DNA from: a virus
Strand: one strand, 5' to 3'
Virus record (IMG/VR): IMGVR_UViG_3300045988_115844
DNA: 37,931 bases
A program made the translations under genes and the position numbers. This document shows, in pieces, positions 1 to 8,245 of the stretch; position 1 is the stretch's first letter, and every line of letters starts with the position of its first letter. Under the pieces are notes generated by a model. The model worked only from the letters and a program-made list of their open reading frames with translations, was not told the origin of the DNA and ran no database searches.

Positions 1-48
1 CGACCACCGAGATCTACACTCTTTCCCTACACGACGCTCTTCCGATCT
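1..48. other. Illumina TruSeq/P5 universal adapter remnant (technical, not biological)
   Basis: Sequence CGACCACCGAGATCTACACTCTTTCCCTACACGACGCTCTTCCGATCT. Its exact reverse complement closes the window. Confidence 0.95.
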
Positions 49-78
49 GCCCTTAAAGTCAATATACTGTTTTAACCG
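49..78 (-). pseudogene. Host flank: 10 codons (RLKQYIDFKG) continuing the DUF262 ORF that is truncated at 35903
   Basis: The reverse complement reads cgg tta aaa cag tat att gac ttt aag ggc and is the only open frame. Joined to ...gac ggt caa caa at 35903-35914 it restores the DUF262 motif DGQQR(L). Confidence 0.45.
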
Positions 79-97
79 CTCTAAAATCATAATATAA

Positions 98-162
98 TAG
101 GATAAATTGCTACTAAGTAGAAAAAATCCTACGATTTTATTTTATAGTTAGGAAATTTCCTA
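98..162. promoter_or_regulatory. Operator-like palindromes sharing TAGGA half-sites
   Basis: TAGGAT..CTACT a AGTAG..ATCCTA at 98-131, and a perfect 14-bp palindrome TAGGAAATTTCCTA at 149-162 that abuts the -7 box. Confidence 0.5.
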
Positions 163-171
163 TTATCTTTG
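141..171 (+). promoter_or_regulatory. Early promoter, Bacteroides type
   Basis: TAtcTTTG(CA) at 164-171 matches the TAnnTTTG -7 consensus. TTTA lies 19 nt upstream as a weak -33. Confidence 0.5.
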
Positions 172-261
172 CAGCGTGTTACTACCTTAACAACTGCCAA
201 AAGTACAAAAAAATGGGCAGGTGGGCAAGTAAAACACAGATTTATAATAAAGTAAAAGGAT

Positions 262-651
262 ATGGAAACAGCATCAAGACGTTACATCGACGTAACAGCA
301 GCCAACAAGACAAAGTTGGCTAAACTGTTCAAGTGTACAGAAACTTTTGTGTATATGGCGCTAACCTACCGCAAGGATTCGTTGCTGGCGCGTAAAATCC
401 GCTATGTCGCGGTAAGAGACTATAAGGGCAAGCCGATGCACCACTTGCCAGAGTGTGAAACCCTGCACAATGTTACGGCGGACGGCAGAAAACTAATGCT
501 CCAGAACTTTGACAATGGTGTGAAGCTGGAGGCAGATAAGGACACCGGCAATGTGGTGGTGTATAACCGCAAGGGAGAGAGTGTGGGCAAATGGGAAAAT
601 ATCCCCCTTGCACAACTTACTGAAATACAACTGTTCGCTGAAAGCTTGTAA
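262..651 (+). CDS. Putative HTH DNA-binding early regulator (Ner/Cro-position)
   Basis: First ORF after the promoter. Its stop lies 2 nt before the transposase start. The N-terminus (NKTKLAKLFKCTETFVYMAL) looks like an HTH. Confidence 0.5.
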   Translation: METASRRYIDVTAANKTKLAKLFKCTETFVYMALTYRKDSLLARKIRYVAVRDYKGKPMHHLPECETLHNVTADGRKLMLQNFDNGVKLEADKDTGNVVVYNRKGESVGKWENIPLAQLTEIQLFAESL

Positions 652-653
652 AT

Positions 654-2684
654 ATGGAGACGATTAACGGACAAGTTTGTATCAGCCATGCGGAACTGAC
701 CGGGCGCATAATAACGACCTCCAACCTTAATGCGCTTGTGCGTAAGGGACAGGTTCAGCAGGTGCGCAAAGGTGGCAACGGGCGTACAGCCTTGTTTGTC
801 GTGGATAGTTTGCCGCTCAAATGGCGTACAGAGGTTTACAGGCGTTACCCTGATTTGCAGGAACAGGCGGACAGCCGCGAGTTTATGGACACCATAGAGC
901 CGGACGGCGCAGCCCTGTTGTTTTACCAAAGCTATAAACTTTCAGACGGCAGGAACTTGCCGGAGGTCAAGCAGGTGGAACTCGCCAACAACTGCGCCAT
1001 TATGAATGCCTTCCGCCGTTGTATTGAGGACTGCCAGAGTAAACGTAACAAGAGCGGTAACAAACGCGCCCCATTGGGCGAGTTCTGGCGCAAGGCTGCC
1101 AATTCGCTTGAATATCTGGCAGACCGTTTCCCTCATTCCCTGCCACGCAGTCCGCGCCGTCTGCAAATGAAGTTCACTGAATATCTGTCAGACGGTTACG
1201 AGTGCTTTATCAGCGGCAAGTATCAGAACAACAATGCCGGCAAAGTGGTAACTGAGGATCAGGAAAGTTTGCTTGCCACGATACTAAGCCACCATAACAA
1301 TCTTACTGATGTGCGTGTGGCGGATTATTACAACCACGCAGCGCGTGAGATTGGGTGGAAAGAGATAACCCCGGCTGCCGTGGGCGTATGGCGTGAAAAA
1401 CTGGACGTGGTGGTCAGTGCCGGTCGTCTTGGCGTTTCAAACTTCCGAAACAACAAGGAAATGCAGGTTAAGCGCAGCCGTCCGACCGCCCCATTCCTGA
1501 TGTGGACGCTTGACGGTTGGACTGTGGAACTGTTATACCAGGACACAAAGCAGACCAAGCGCGGAAATATAACGACTTACACAAACCGCCTTACCATAGT
1601 TGTGGTGCTTGACCCTTGCATTGATTATCCGATAGGCTACGCAGTCGGCAAGCAGGAATGTCCGGAACTGATAAAAGAAGCTTTGCGCAATGCAGCCGTA
1701 CACAGCCGGGAACTGTTTGGGGAAATGCTCCGATCCAACCAAATACAATGCGACCATTACGCATTTAAGGCTATGTCGCCGCTTTATGCTGTCATGGGTG
1801 ATAAACTGACCCCGGCAAGAGTAAAGAACGCCAAGGCGAAGCCCGTAGAGGCATATTTCAACTATTTGAACACCACATTTTGCAACAGGTTCAACAACTG
1901 GAGTGGCTACGGTGTAACCACGGATCCAAAGAAGCAGCCAAACAGTGAGGCGTTGAACAAACTGCGCCACCAGTTCCCCGATGAGCAGGGCGTGCGCAAG
2001 CAGATAGATGAAATAATGTACCTGGAAAGAATGTGCAAGGTGGACAAAATTCGTGAGCTTATGAGCAACCTGGCGCCTGAACGCCGTTTGCCGTTGAGCC
2101 GTGAACAATACCTCTTGAACTTCGGGCAGGAAACAGGTTTCAAGAACGCATTGGAGGGCTGCGGACTGCGCCCGACCATTTTAGGTGTCAAGCGTGATTA
2201 TGACTGCTTCGACCTGACATTCCGCGAACACGCCGCAGAACGTTGGACGGTGAAATATGACCCTGACGACCTCAGCGAAATTCTGGCTGTGAATGACGAC
2301 GGCACACGCCGCTATATGCTCAAAGAAAAGTATGTGCAGCCTATGGCACTTGCAGACCGCAAGCCAGGCGATTATGAGCAGTTGGAACGTGTGCAGGATT
2401 TCAACAAGCAGCTGGAAAAGCAGACCGCAGAGCGCATGGCACTGAACTACCAGCGGACCGAGCAACTGATAGCGAGTACACCGGCACTGCGTGGCAGCAT
2501 AGAAGACCGTCTGTTGATTACGGACAGCAAAGGACAGCACAAGGACCAGCGCAGTATGAAACGCCTGGCGGCGGCAGATGTTGAAGCCATAGAGGTTAAA
2601 ACAGTGGAAGTCCCAGTTACTCCGCAAGGTGCTGCGGCAACGGACACAAGCGACTACCGCGCTGATGATTATTCGATTTTCTAA
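654..2684 (+). CDS. MuA-like DDE transposase
   Basis: 676 aa. WTLDGW, QCDHY and AKPVEAYF resemble the MuA D269/D336/E392 contexts (MuA has AKPVERAF). It is followed by a MuB-like ATPase. Confidence 0.8.
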   Translation: METINGQVCISHAELTGRIITTSNLNALVRKGQVQQVRKGGNGRTALFVVDSLPLKWRTEVYRRYPDLQEQADSREFMDTIEPDGAALLFYQSYKLSDGRNLPEVKQVELANNCAIMNAFRRCIEDCQSKRNKSGNKRAPLGEFWRKAANSLEYLADRFPHSLPRSPRRLQMKFTEYLSDGYECFISGKYQNNNAGKVVTEDQESLLATILSHHNNLTDVRVADYYNHAAREIGWKEITPAAVGVWREKLDVVVSAGRLGVSNFRNNKEMQVKRSRPTAPFLMWTLDGWTVELLYQDTKQTKRGNITTYTNRLTIVVVLDPCIDYPIGYAVGKQECPELIKEALRNAAVHSRELFGEMLRSNQIQCDHYAFKAMSPLYAVMGDKLTPARVKNAKAKPVEAYFNYLNTTFCNRFNNWSGYGVTTDPKKQPNSEALNKLRHQFPDEQGVRKQIDEIMYLERMCKVDKIRELMSNLAPERRLPLSREQYLLNFGQETGFKNALEGCGLRPTILGVKRDYDCFDLTFREHAAERWTVKYDPDDLSEILAVNDDGTRRYMLKEKYVQPMALADRKPGDYEQLERVQDFNKQLEKQTAERMALNYQRTEQLIASTPALRGSIEDRLLITDSKGQHKDQRSMKRLAAADVEAIEVKTVEVPVTPQGAAATDTSDYRADDYSIF

Positions 2685-2721
2685 AATACTGATTTAACAA
2701 CAACTTAAATACAAATAAACG

Positions 2722-3573
2722 ATGCAAAAGGAACAGAAACAACAGATTTGCGAGCAGCTGCGCTCATATTGCGACCAAAAGGGAAGCCAGAACAAAGCAG
2801 CCAACAGCCTTAACGGTGTGAGCAGTGCCACAATCAGCAAGGTGCTTGCTGGCTCATGGGACACTATCAGCGACGAGATGTGGCGCACGATAGCCGCACA
2901 GACGGGCGGAAAGCCGGAGGGATGGCAGGTCGTTAACACCAAGGCTTACGAGTGCATGACCTTCACGCTGACTAATGCTCAGGCTGATGCACTGGTGCTT
3001 GCCGTTACCGGTGAAGCGGGGTGCGGCAAGACAGAAGCCATTAAGAACTATGCCGCCGGACACGCCAACGCTTACCACCTGACCTGTTCAGAATACTGGA
3101 ATCGCCGCACCTTTATGGGTAAACTCTTAAAGTGCATGGGCGTGAGCATGAGCGGCACGACGGTAAGCGAAATGATGGACGATATAGTGGACACCCTCAA
3201 ACGCAAGGATGCGCCCCTTATAATCCTTGATGAAGCGGACAAACTGACCGACCAGGTGCTTTATTTCTTTATCAGCCTGTATAACCAGCTGGAGGGACAC
3301 TGCGGCATAATCCTGACCGCTACCAGCTTCCTGCAAAAGCGCATTGAACGCGGTGTGAGGCTGAACCGTAAGGGGTATGCTGAAATATACAGCCGTATCG
3401 GGCGCAAGTTCGTAAAGTTGCCAGCATTGAACAGCGAAGACATCGCAGCTGTGTGCGTGGCAAACGGACTGAATGATAATAAAGGTATTAACAGAATTAT
3501 AAACGAAAGTGAGGGCGACCTTCGCCGTGTTAAGCGCAGTGTGTGGGCGACCTTGAAAGGGGGTGCATTATGA
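2722..3573 (+). CDS. MuB-like AAA+ transposition ATPase
   Basis: Walker A GEAGCGKT, Walker B LIILDEAD, and an N-terminal HTH (ANSLNGVSSATISKVL). Confidence 0.8.
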   Translation: MQKEQKQQICEQLRSYCDQKGSQNKAANSLNGVSSATISKVLAGSWDTISDEMWRTIAAQTGGKPEGWQVVNTKAYECMTFTLTNAQADALVLAVTGEAGCGKTEAIKNYAAGHANAYHLTCSEYWNRRTFMGKLLKCMGVSMSGTTVSEMMDDIVDTLKRKDAPLIILDEADKLTDQVLYFFISLYNQLEGHCGIILTATSFLQKRIERGVRLNRKGYAEIYSRIGRKFVKLPALNSEDIAAVCVANGLNDNKGINRIINESEGDLRRVKRSVWATLKGGAL

Positions 3574-3773
3574 GAAACCGAGTATTAAGTAAAGTGCTTG
3601 CTTCAATGGCGTTTGCCGTTGCCGGTATAGCAGTCTGTGCATTGTATGTGATTTATTTGCCGCTGGCCATTGTTCGTGTGGTTGTGAATACGGAGGACTT
3701 CGGGAAATTTTTGGACTGCGTGGGCGACTTCGTGAATAACATAGTCTGCTGGTTTAGAAAAGAAGCAAAATGA
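3570..3773 (+). CDS. Small membrane protein
   Basis: ATGA overlap with the MuB-like stop. Hydrophobic segment ASMAFAVAGIAVCALYVIYLPLAIV. Confidence 0.55.
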   Translation: MRNRVLSKVLASMAFAVAGIAVCALYVIYLPLAIVRVVVNTEDFGKFLDCVGDFVNNIVCWFRKEAK

Positions 3774-4027
3774 TGAACTACAAATTCAGCATAGGGCTTG
3801 AAGCGAAAGCGGTGCCGGAGCCACTGGGGCAATGGCTTGAAAATAACTTACCGGTGGACTTCTCGCTGAAACCGCGTACACGCTTACGCCTTCGGTTCTT
3901 AGAAGTAACTATAACAGGCAATACCACCGAAGATGTAGCAGCAAAACTCATCGCATTCGTCAAGGTCGTGCGTGCCTGTGGCTTCCGTGGCGTCGTGGTA
4001 AAAGATAAGAAAATACAGAGGATTTAA
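3770..4027 (+). CDS. Hypothetical early protein
   Basis: ATGA-coupled ORF, 85 aa. Confidence 0.55.
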   Translation: MMNYKFSIGLEAKAVPEPLGQWLENNLPVDFSLKPRTRLRLRFLEVTITGNTTEDVAAKLIAFVKVVRACGFRGVVVKDKKIQRI

Positions 4028-4033
4028 GGCAAT

Positions 4034-4681
4034 ATGGGCAGAGCAATAAGCAATAAAAATGTGTTGGCGGCACAGTTCGAGACGGCAGATTTTGACGGAC
4101 CATTTCTGGCAAGTTTTGGCCGTCCTGAGCTGCGTGGCGCTTGGCTGATTTTCGGAGGAAGCGGCAGCGGTAAGACCACTTTCCTGCTGATGCTTTGCAA
4201 GTATCTTTGTAAGTTTCGGCGTGTGGCTTATAACTCACTTGAACAGGGTTTGAGCCTGTCCTTGCAAAAGGCTTGGGAACGTGTGGGAATGGAGGAAGTA
4301 GGCAGCCAAATAATTCTGCTCAACAAGGAATGTATGGCAGACCTTCGCTTCAGGCTGCGCAAGCGTAAAAGCCCAGAAGTCGTGGTGATTGACAGTGTGC
4401 AATATCTGCATGGTTGGAAATGGAATGACTACACCAAGTTAAAAGATGAGTTTCCGGACAAACTTTTCATTTTCATAAGTCAAGAAAAGCACGGAGAACC
4501 TAAAGGAAACCTCGCGGTATCAATCCGCTATGACGCTGAAATTAAAATTAGGGTGGAGGGTTACAAGGCATTTGTAACATCGCGCTACGAGGTGCCGGAA
4601 CTTGGGGAGGGCGGCAAGGACTTTATAATCTGGAAAGAGGGCGCTGACGCATACTGGTTAAATCAAATAAAAGAAAAATGA
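4034..4681 (+). CDS. P-loop NTPase (RecA/KaiC-like fold suspected)
   Basis: Walker A GGSGSGKT and Walker B-like VVVIDS. Confidence 0.55.
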   Translation: MGRAISNKNVLAAQFETADFDGPFLASFGRPELRGAWLIFGGSGSGKTTFLLMLCKYLCKFRRVAYNSLEQGLSLSLQKAWERVGMEEVGSQIILLNKECMADLRFRLRKRKSPEVVVIDSVQYLHGWKWNDYTKLKDEFPDKLFIFISQEKHGEPKGNLAVSIRYDAEIKIRVEGYKAFVTSRYEVPELGEGGKDFIIWKEGADAYWLNQIKEK

Positions 4682-5169
4682 TTATGGCAAAAGAAAATAA
4701 GACTATGGACCAGATCCACCGTGGACTGCTTAAAAAGTTCCATACCCTTTGTAGTGTACTTGGTATGTCAGAGGACCAAAAAAGCACGTTGTTGCAAAGT
4801 TGGGGCGTGGAGAGCAGCAGGGACCTCAGCCAGCACCAGCTAATAGACATCTGCGCCAAGCTGAGCGAACAGGTGAACCATAAGGACGGCACCGCTTCGC
4901 TTGACAAAATGAGAAAACAACTGATTGCGGCAATAGGCTGCTGGTTGCGAGAAACGAGCCAAGAACAGAATATAAGCAAGATTAAAGGCATTGCGTGCCG
5001 TGCTTCCGGTTACAGCGACTTCAACAAGATACCGAGGGAACGGCTGCGCAACCTTATAGCGGCATTCAACAACAAGACCAAGGATAAAAAAAGTGTGGAT
5101 GCGCTGGCAAGTACCATGCTTATGCAGGCGTTTTTAGGTGGCAAAGATGTAGAACCAACATATAATTAA
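4678..5169 (+). CDS. GemA/Mu gp16-like (DUF1018-like) protein
   Basis: ATGA overlap. The pattern LGMSEDQKSTLLQSWGVESSRDLSQHQL resembles the GemA family, and the position matches the Mu early region. Confidence 0.5.
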   Translation: MIMAKENKTMDQIHRGLLKKFHTLCSVLGMSEDQKSTLLQSWGVESSRDLSQHQLIDICAKLSEQVNHKDGTASLDKMRKQLIAAIGCWLRETSQEQNISKIKGIACRASGYSDFNKIPRERLRNLIAAFNNKTKDKKSVDALASTMLMQAFLGGKDVEPTYN

Positions 5170-5176
5170 AAGCGAT

Positions 5177-5362
5177 ATGAATAAGAGAATTAAAATTACT
5201 CAATGCAGGGCCTTTGGTCCACAGTTTTCAAATTTAATACCGGACAGCATCCACGATGTAATCAAAACACCTGCTGGAGAAAAAAGAAAAGGCGGTGTTT
5301 GGGTAATGGGTAATGGTGAACCAGTTAAAGTCCTTCAGGGCGAGTACGTATTTGTGGAATAA
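5177..5362 (+). CDS. Hypothetical
   Basis: 61-aa ORF in the co-directional early operon. Confidence 0.45.
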   Translation: MNKRIKITQCRAFGPQFSNLIPDSIHDVIKTPAGEKRKGGVWVMGNGEPVKVLQGEYVFVE

Positions 5363-5382
5363 CACCCCTAAAATAATCAATA

Positions 5383-5613
5383 ATGAGTTGGATAACAGAA
5401 AGCAACAGGCAGAAGCATTTTAAGTATGCCATTTTGTGCGGCTTTGTAGGCACATTCCTTTTTGCCCTTGGTATTGCCATGGGTATGGAGTATAAAGACC
5501 ACGCCTATGGCAATCAATGGGACTGGCTGGATATTGCAGCCACCGTTTTGGGAGGATTGGTCGGACAGGCATTGCAACTATTTGTCCTTGGACTTATTTA
5601 CCTGTGCGTGTGA
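5383..5613 (+). CDS. Small membrane protein
   Basis: Two hydrophobic segments. Confidence 0.5.
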   Translation: MSWITESNRQKHFKYAILCGFVGTFLFALGIAMGMEYKDHAYGNQWDWLDIAATVLGGLVGQALQLFVLGLIYLCV

Positions 5614-5649
5614 TATGGAACCAACGCATAGAATTAAGTAACAAGCAAT

Positions 5650-5814
5650 ATGGACAAAGAACTGCAACGACTGACGGCCACCATTAGAACGGAAACTGCC
5701 GATATGGAGCAAGACGCTTATATTGAATTGCTCAGGGAACTTGCAAACTGGGCGGAGAATGAAGCCGGGAAACTGGAATTTTCCACCCCGGACATCGAAG
5801 ATTACGACGACTGA
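5650..5814 (+). CDS. Hypothetical acidic 54-aa protein (shorter than any ORF in the supplied track)
   Basis: Hand-translated as MDKELQRLTATIRTETADMEQDAYIELLRELANWAENEAGKLEFSTPDIEDYDD. It fills an otherwise empty gap. Confidence 0.4.
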   Translation: MDKELQRLTATIRTETADMEQDAYIELLRELANWAENEAGKLEFSTPDIEDYDD

Positions 5815-5885
5815 CACTGCGCCGGTGTAAAAGGATAAAGGCGAATATAAACAGTATTTAATAATCAATTAAAACCCGTTAAACA

Positions 5886-6599
5886 ATGAGTGAACAGGTA
5901 ACAATGACCGCCAAAGAGCGGGAAGAATGGGAAGCCTACAAGGCCGACAAAGAGAAAAAGGAAGCAGCGGAACGCCGCAAGGCTGCCCGCGTAACGTATC
6001 AGCAACTGGTCGATGAGGAACTGGCACAAGCCGTGCCGGAGCTTCGCAAACTCAGCCAGGACATACGCACGGTAAAGGACACGGTTTTCAGCAATTTCAA
6101 AACCGTTCTTGAAATGAAAGAGGAAGTCGTGGGCTTCAAGGAAGATGGGCAGTACAGCCACACTTTCACAAATTCAGAAAGCAACCTGCGTCTGACCCTT
6201 GGTGTCAATACGGTTGACGGTTGGAGCGATATGGCGGAAACCGGTATCGCAATGGTGCGCAAGTACATTGAAAGTCTTGCCACAGATGAAAAGACCAAGA
6301 CCCTTGTAAATACGGTGCTCCGGCTGTTGAGCAAGGACAAGCAGGGCAACCTCAATGCAAGCCGTGTGCTTCAGCTGGCGAAAATGGCTGAGGAAAGCAG
6401 CGACGACCAGTTCAAGGAGGGCGTTAAAATCATTCAAGAAAGTTATATGCCTACCGCAACGCGCCGATATATCCGTGCGCAGTACCGTGATGAGACAACC
6501 GGCAACGGGTGGCGTAACATTCCACTTGGCATAACTGATGTTGATATGGTGGAAACGGAGCAGGAAACCGAAAAGCCGGAAGCAGAAACAGGCGCATAA
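5886..6599 (+). CDS. Early protein, DUF3164- or Gam-like (uncertain)
   Basis: 237 aa with a charged coiled-coil N-terminus, in a Mu-like early-region position. Confidence 0.4.
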   Translation: MSEQVTMTAKEREEWEAYKADKEKKEAAERRKAARVTYQQLVDEELAQAVPELRKLSQDIRTVKDTVFSNFKTVLEMKEEVVGFKEDGQYSHTFTNSESNLRLTLGVNTVDGWSDMAETGIAMVRKYIESLATDEKTKTLVNTVLRLLSKDKQGNLNASRVLQLAKMAEESSDDQFKEGVKIIQESYMPTATRRYIRAQYRDETTGNGWRNIPLGITDVDMVETEQETEKPEAETGA

Positions 6600-6690
6600 A
6601 AAAAGCAGCGTAGCTCACATTTGCCCGAAGACAGTAAACAGACGCCGCCCGATGTAAAAGGATAGCGCAAAGGTACTAATAATCGGGCAA

Positions 6691-6927
6691 ATGACAATGA
6701 GCAAACGGCATAAAAGTACGATAGCGAGAGCGAAAAAGATTAAAGCGCTCACCGCACTGCATTATGAAGCTGGGAACCAGGCAAAATGTTACAGGGCTGT
6801 TTGGCGGCATTGGATTGAACCAGAGTTTGGTATCTGTTACCGCACTTACCTGAGTTATTTGGGAATATCCCCGGACAATGAACAGCAACCCCGGCAAAAC
6901 AACAACACACCTACACTATTTGATTAG
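6691..6927 (+). CDS. Small basic putative DNA-binding protein
   Basis: 78 aa, last gene of the early operon, with an HTH-like stretch FGICYRTYLSYLG. Confidence 0.4.
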   Translation: MTMSKRHKSTIARAKKIKALTALHYEAGNQAKCYRAVWRHWIEPEFGICYRTYLSYLGISPDNEQQPRQNNNTPTLFD

Positions 6928-6938
6928 GGCATTAAATA

Positions 6939-6972
6939 GCACCCCTGACGGACTTTGAACCGCCAGGGGTGC
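6939..6972. terminator. Bidirectional hairpin between convergent operons
   Basis: GCACCCCTG ... CAGGGGTGC, a 9-bp GC stem extendable by cgg/ccg. Confidence 0.65.
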
Positions 6973-6979
6973 TGCTGTA

Positions 6980-7498
6980 TTACTTTGTGGCTGAAATGTC
7001 CGCGGACAGGCCGACGGCGCGTGTAAACTGACGCATTCCGGTACAGTCCTGGGCAGATGTTACCAACCGCTCCACATTCTCCACAAGTTCAGCGTGGTTG
7101 TGGTTGGTTGCGGAGGTGGTAAGCTGAAAGCCGGCAAAGCCTTCACCGCGCAAACCTTGCATTTTTGCGTTGATTGCATTTATCAGGTCAAACACGGCAA
7201 GAGCTTCCTCCATTCGTTGATCATGAAAGCCGTGTGCAGATACGGCACGAGTTACGATGTGGAGACGCACCGCAACTTCGCCACGGCGTGCCCCTGCGTT
7301 CTGCTGTTTCCAGTCTATTTGTTCAAACTCCACGAACACCGCAGGCGTTTCAAAGGCTGTTCCGCCGCCAAGGAGGTTTACCTGGTCATTCCATAAGTCC
7401 ACATACGGAACTATGTTTTTTGAAGTGTCGGCATTTGGGTCAGACGGATTTGCCGGGCAAAGTGCTTCCGCAATGGCTAAAAAAATTGCTTTTCTCAT
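6980..7498 (-). CDS. Virion (neck/tail-completion?) protein
   Basis: 172 aa with a 4-nt overlap with the upstream gene. Confidence 0.45.
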   Translation of the reverse strand: MRKAIFLAIAEALCPANPSDPNADTSKNIVPYVDLWNDQVNLLGGGTAFETPAVFVEFEQIDWKQQNAGARRGEVAVRLHIVTRAVSAHGFHDQRMEEALAVFDLINAINAKMQGLRGEGFAGFQLTTSATNHNHAELVENVERLVTSAQDCTGMRQFTRAVGLSADISATK

Positions 7499-7953
7499 TT
7501 CTTTATGAAGTTGGTTAATGATAAATTTAACTTTTGTAGATTTGCATCGATTACACCCCTAATAAGCCGCTGTGTGTCCGGACCGTCCCCGATAAACTGG
7601 CGTTTCGGCATTGTGAATTTTCGGGTATGTGCGCGAACCGTGTAAACCTTTCCTTTCCTTGATTTGCGCTGGTGTGACTTGACAGGCTTAAACCCGGTGC
7701 CGCCTTCATTGTGAATGGCTGCGTATGCCAGAGCTGATGAGAACCGCACGCCGTTGCCCTCAACGCGCCCATGCGTGGAGCGGCGCATGGCACCGGTAAC
7801 GAGCAGGAGCGAACCTTTGGGGTAATCGTATGCTCGTGGTTTCCATTTGTCCGAGAAAAAGGCTTTGCGCTCAAAGTTTCGGTCGAACTCTTCTGACAGT
7901 TCCACACGCAGGTCGTTGAGTATGTCCGTTTTTAATTCGTTGGCGTTGAGCAT
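7495..7953 (-). CDS. Mu G-like virion morphogenesis / head-tail adaptor protein
   Basis: AAIHNEGG and MPKRQFIG motifs resemble the Mu gpG / HK97 gp10-like family. Confidence 0.5.
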   Translation of the reverse strand: MLNANELKTDILNDLRVELSEEFDRNFERKAFFSDKWKPRAYDYPKGSLLLVTGAMRRSTHGRVEGNGVRFSSALAYAAIHNEGGTGFKPVKSHQRKSRKGKVYTVRAHTRKFTMPKRQFIGDGPDTQRLIRGVIDANLQKLNLSLTNFIKK

Positions 7954-8005
7954 TTAATTGGCGTTTAATTGTTATTTAATCAAATAAAAATTGTAATTTT
8001 GCGGT

Positions 8006-8245
8006 ATGGCAAAGATTATAGACAAAATAGAGGAATGTCCTTATACGTGTGAGCATTGCAAGCACTTTGTAAAAGGCTTAACTTGTGCGGCGTTTGACAT
8101 TATCCCGATTGAGATAATGCAAGACGGCGCAGAGAGCCACGACCATATATTTGAGGGTCAAAAAGGCAATTATATATTTGAGCCGGCAAGGCCACGCGAT
8201 ACAATGCGCGTTTATGTAGCCGCTGACGTGGAGCCTGAATCTTGA
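8006..8245 (+). CDS. Cys-rich 79-aa protein on the opposite strand (moron-like)
   Basis: CPYTCEHCKHF...C. A TAatTTTG -7 box at 7994-8001 lies only 4 nt before the ATG. Confidence 0.5.
   Translation: MAKIIDKIEECPYTCEHCKHFVKGLTCAAFDIIPIEIMQDGAESHDHIFEGQKGNYIFEPARPRDTMRVYVAADVEPES

Noticed and set aside
1-48. A perfect 48-bp terminal inverted repeat (1-48 and 37884-37931) that could be taken for transposon or phage termini.
   Set aside because: It is the Illumina universal adapter and its read-through form, so it is a library artefact.
6666-6677. A third copy of GCAAAGGTAC as another - strand promoter.
   Set aside because: No TTG or TTTG lies at the 19-21 nt spacing on the - strand, and transcription there would only be antisense to an early gene. 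It is kept as a motif observation only.
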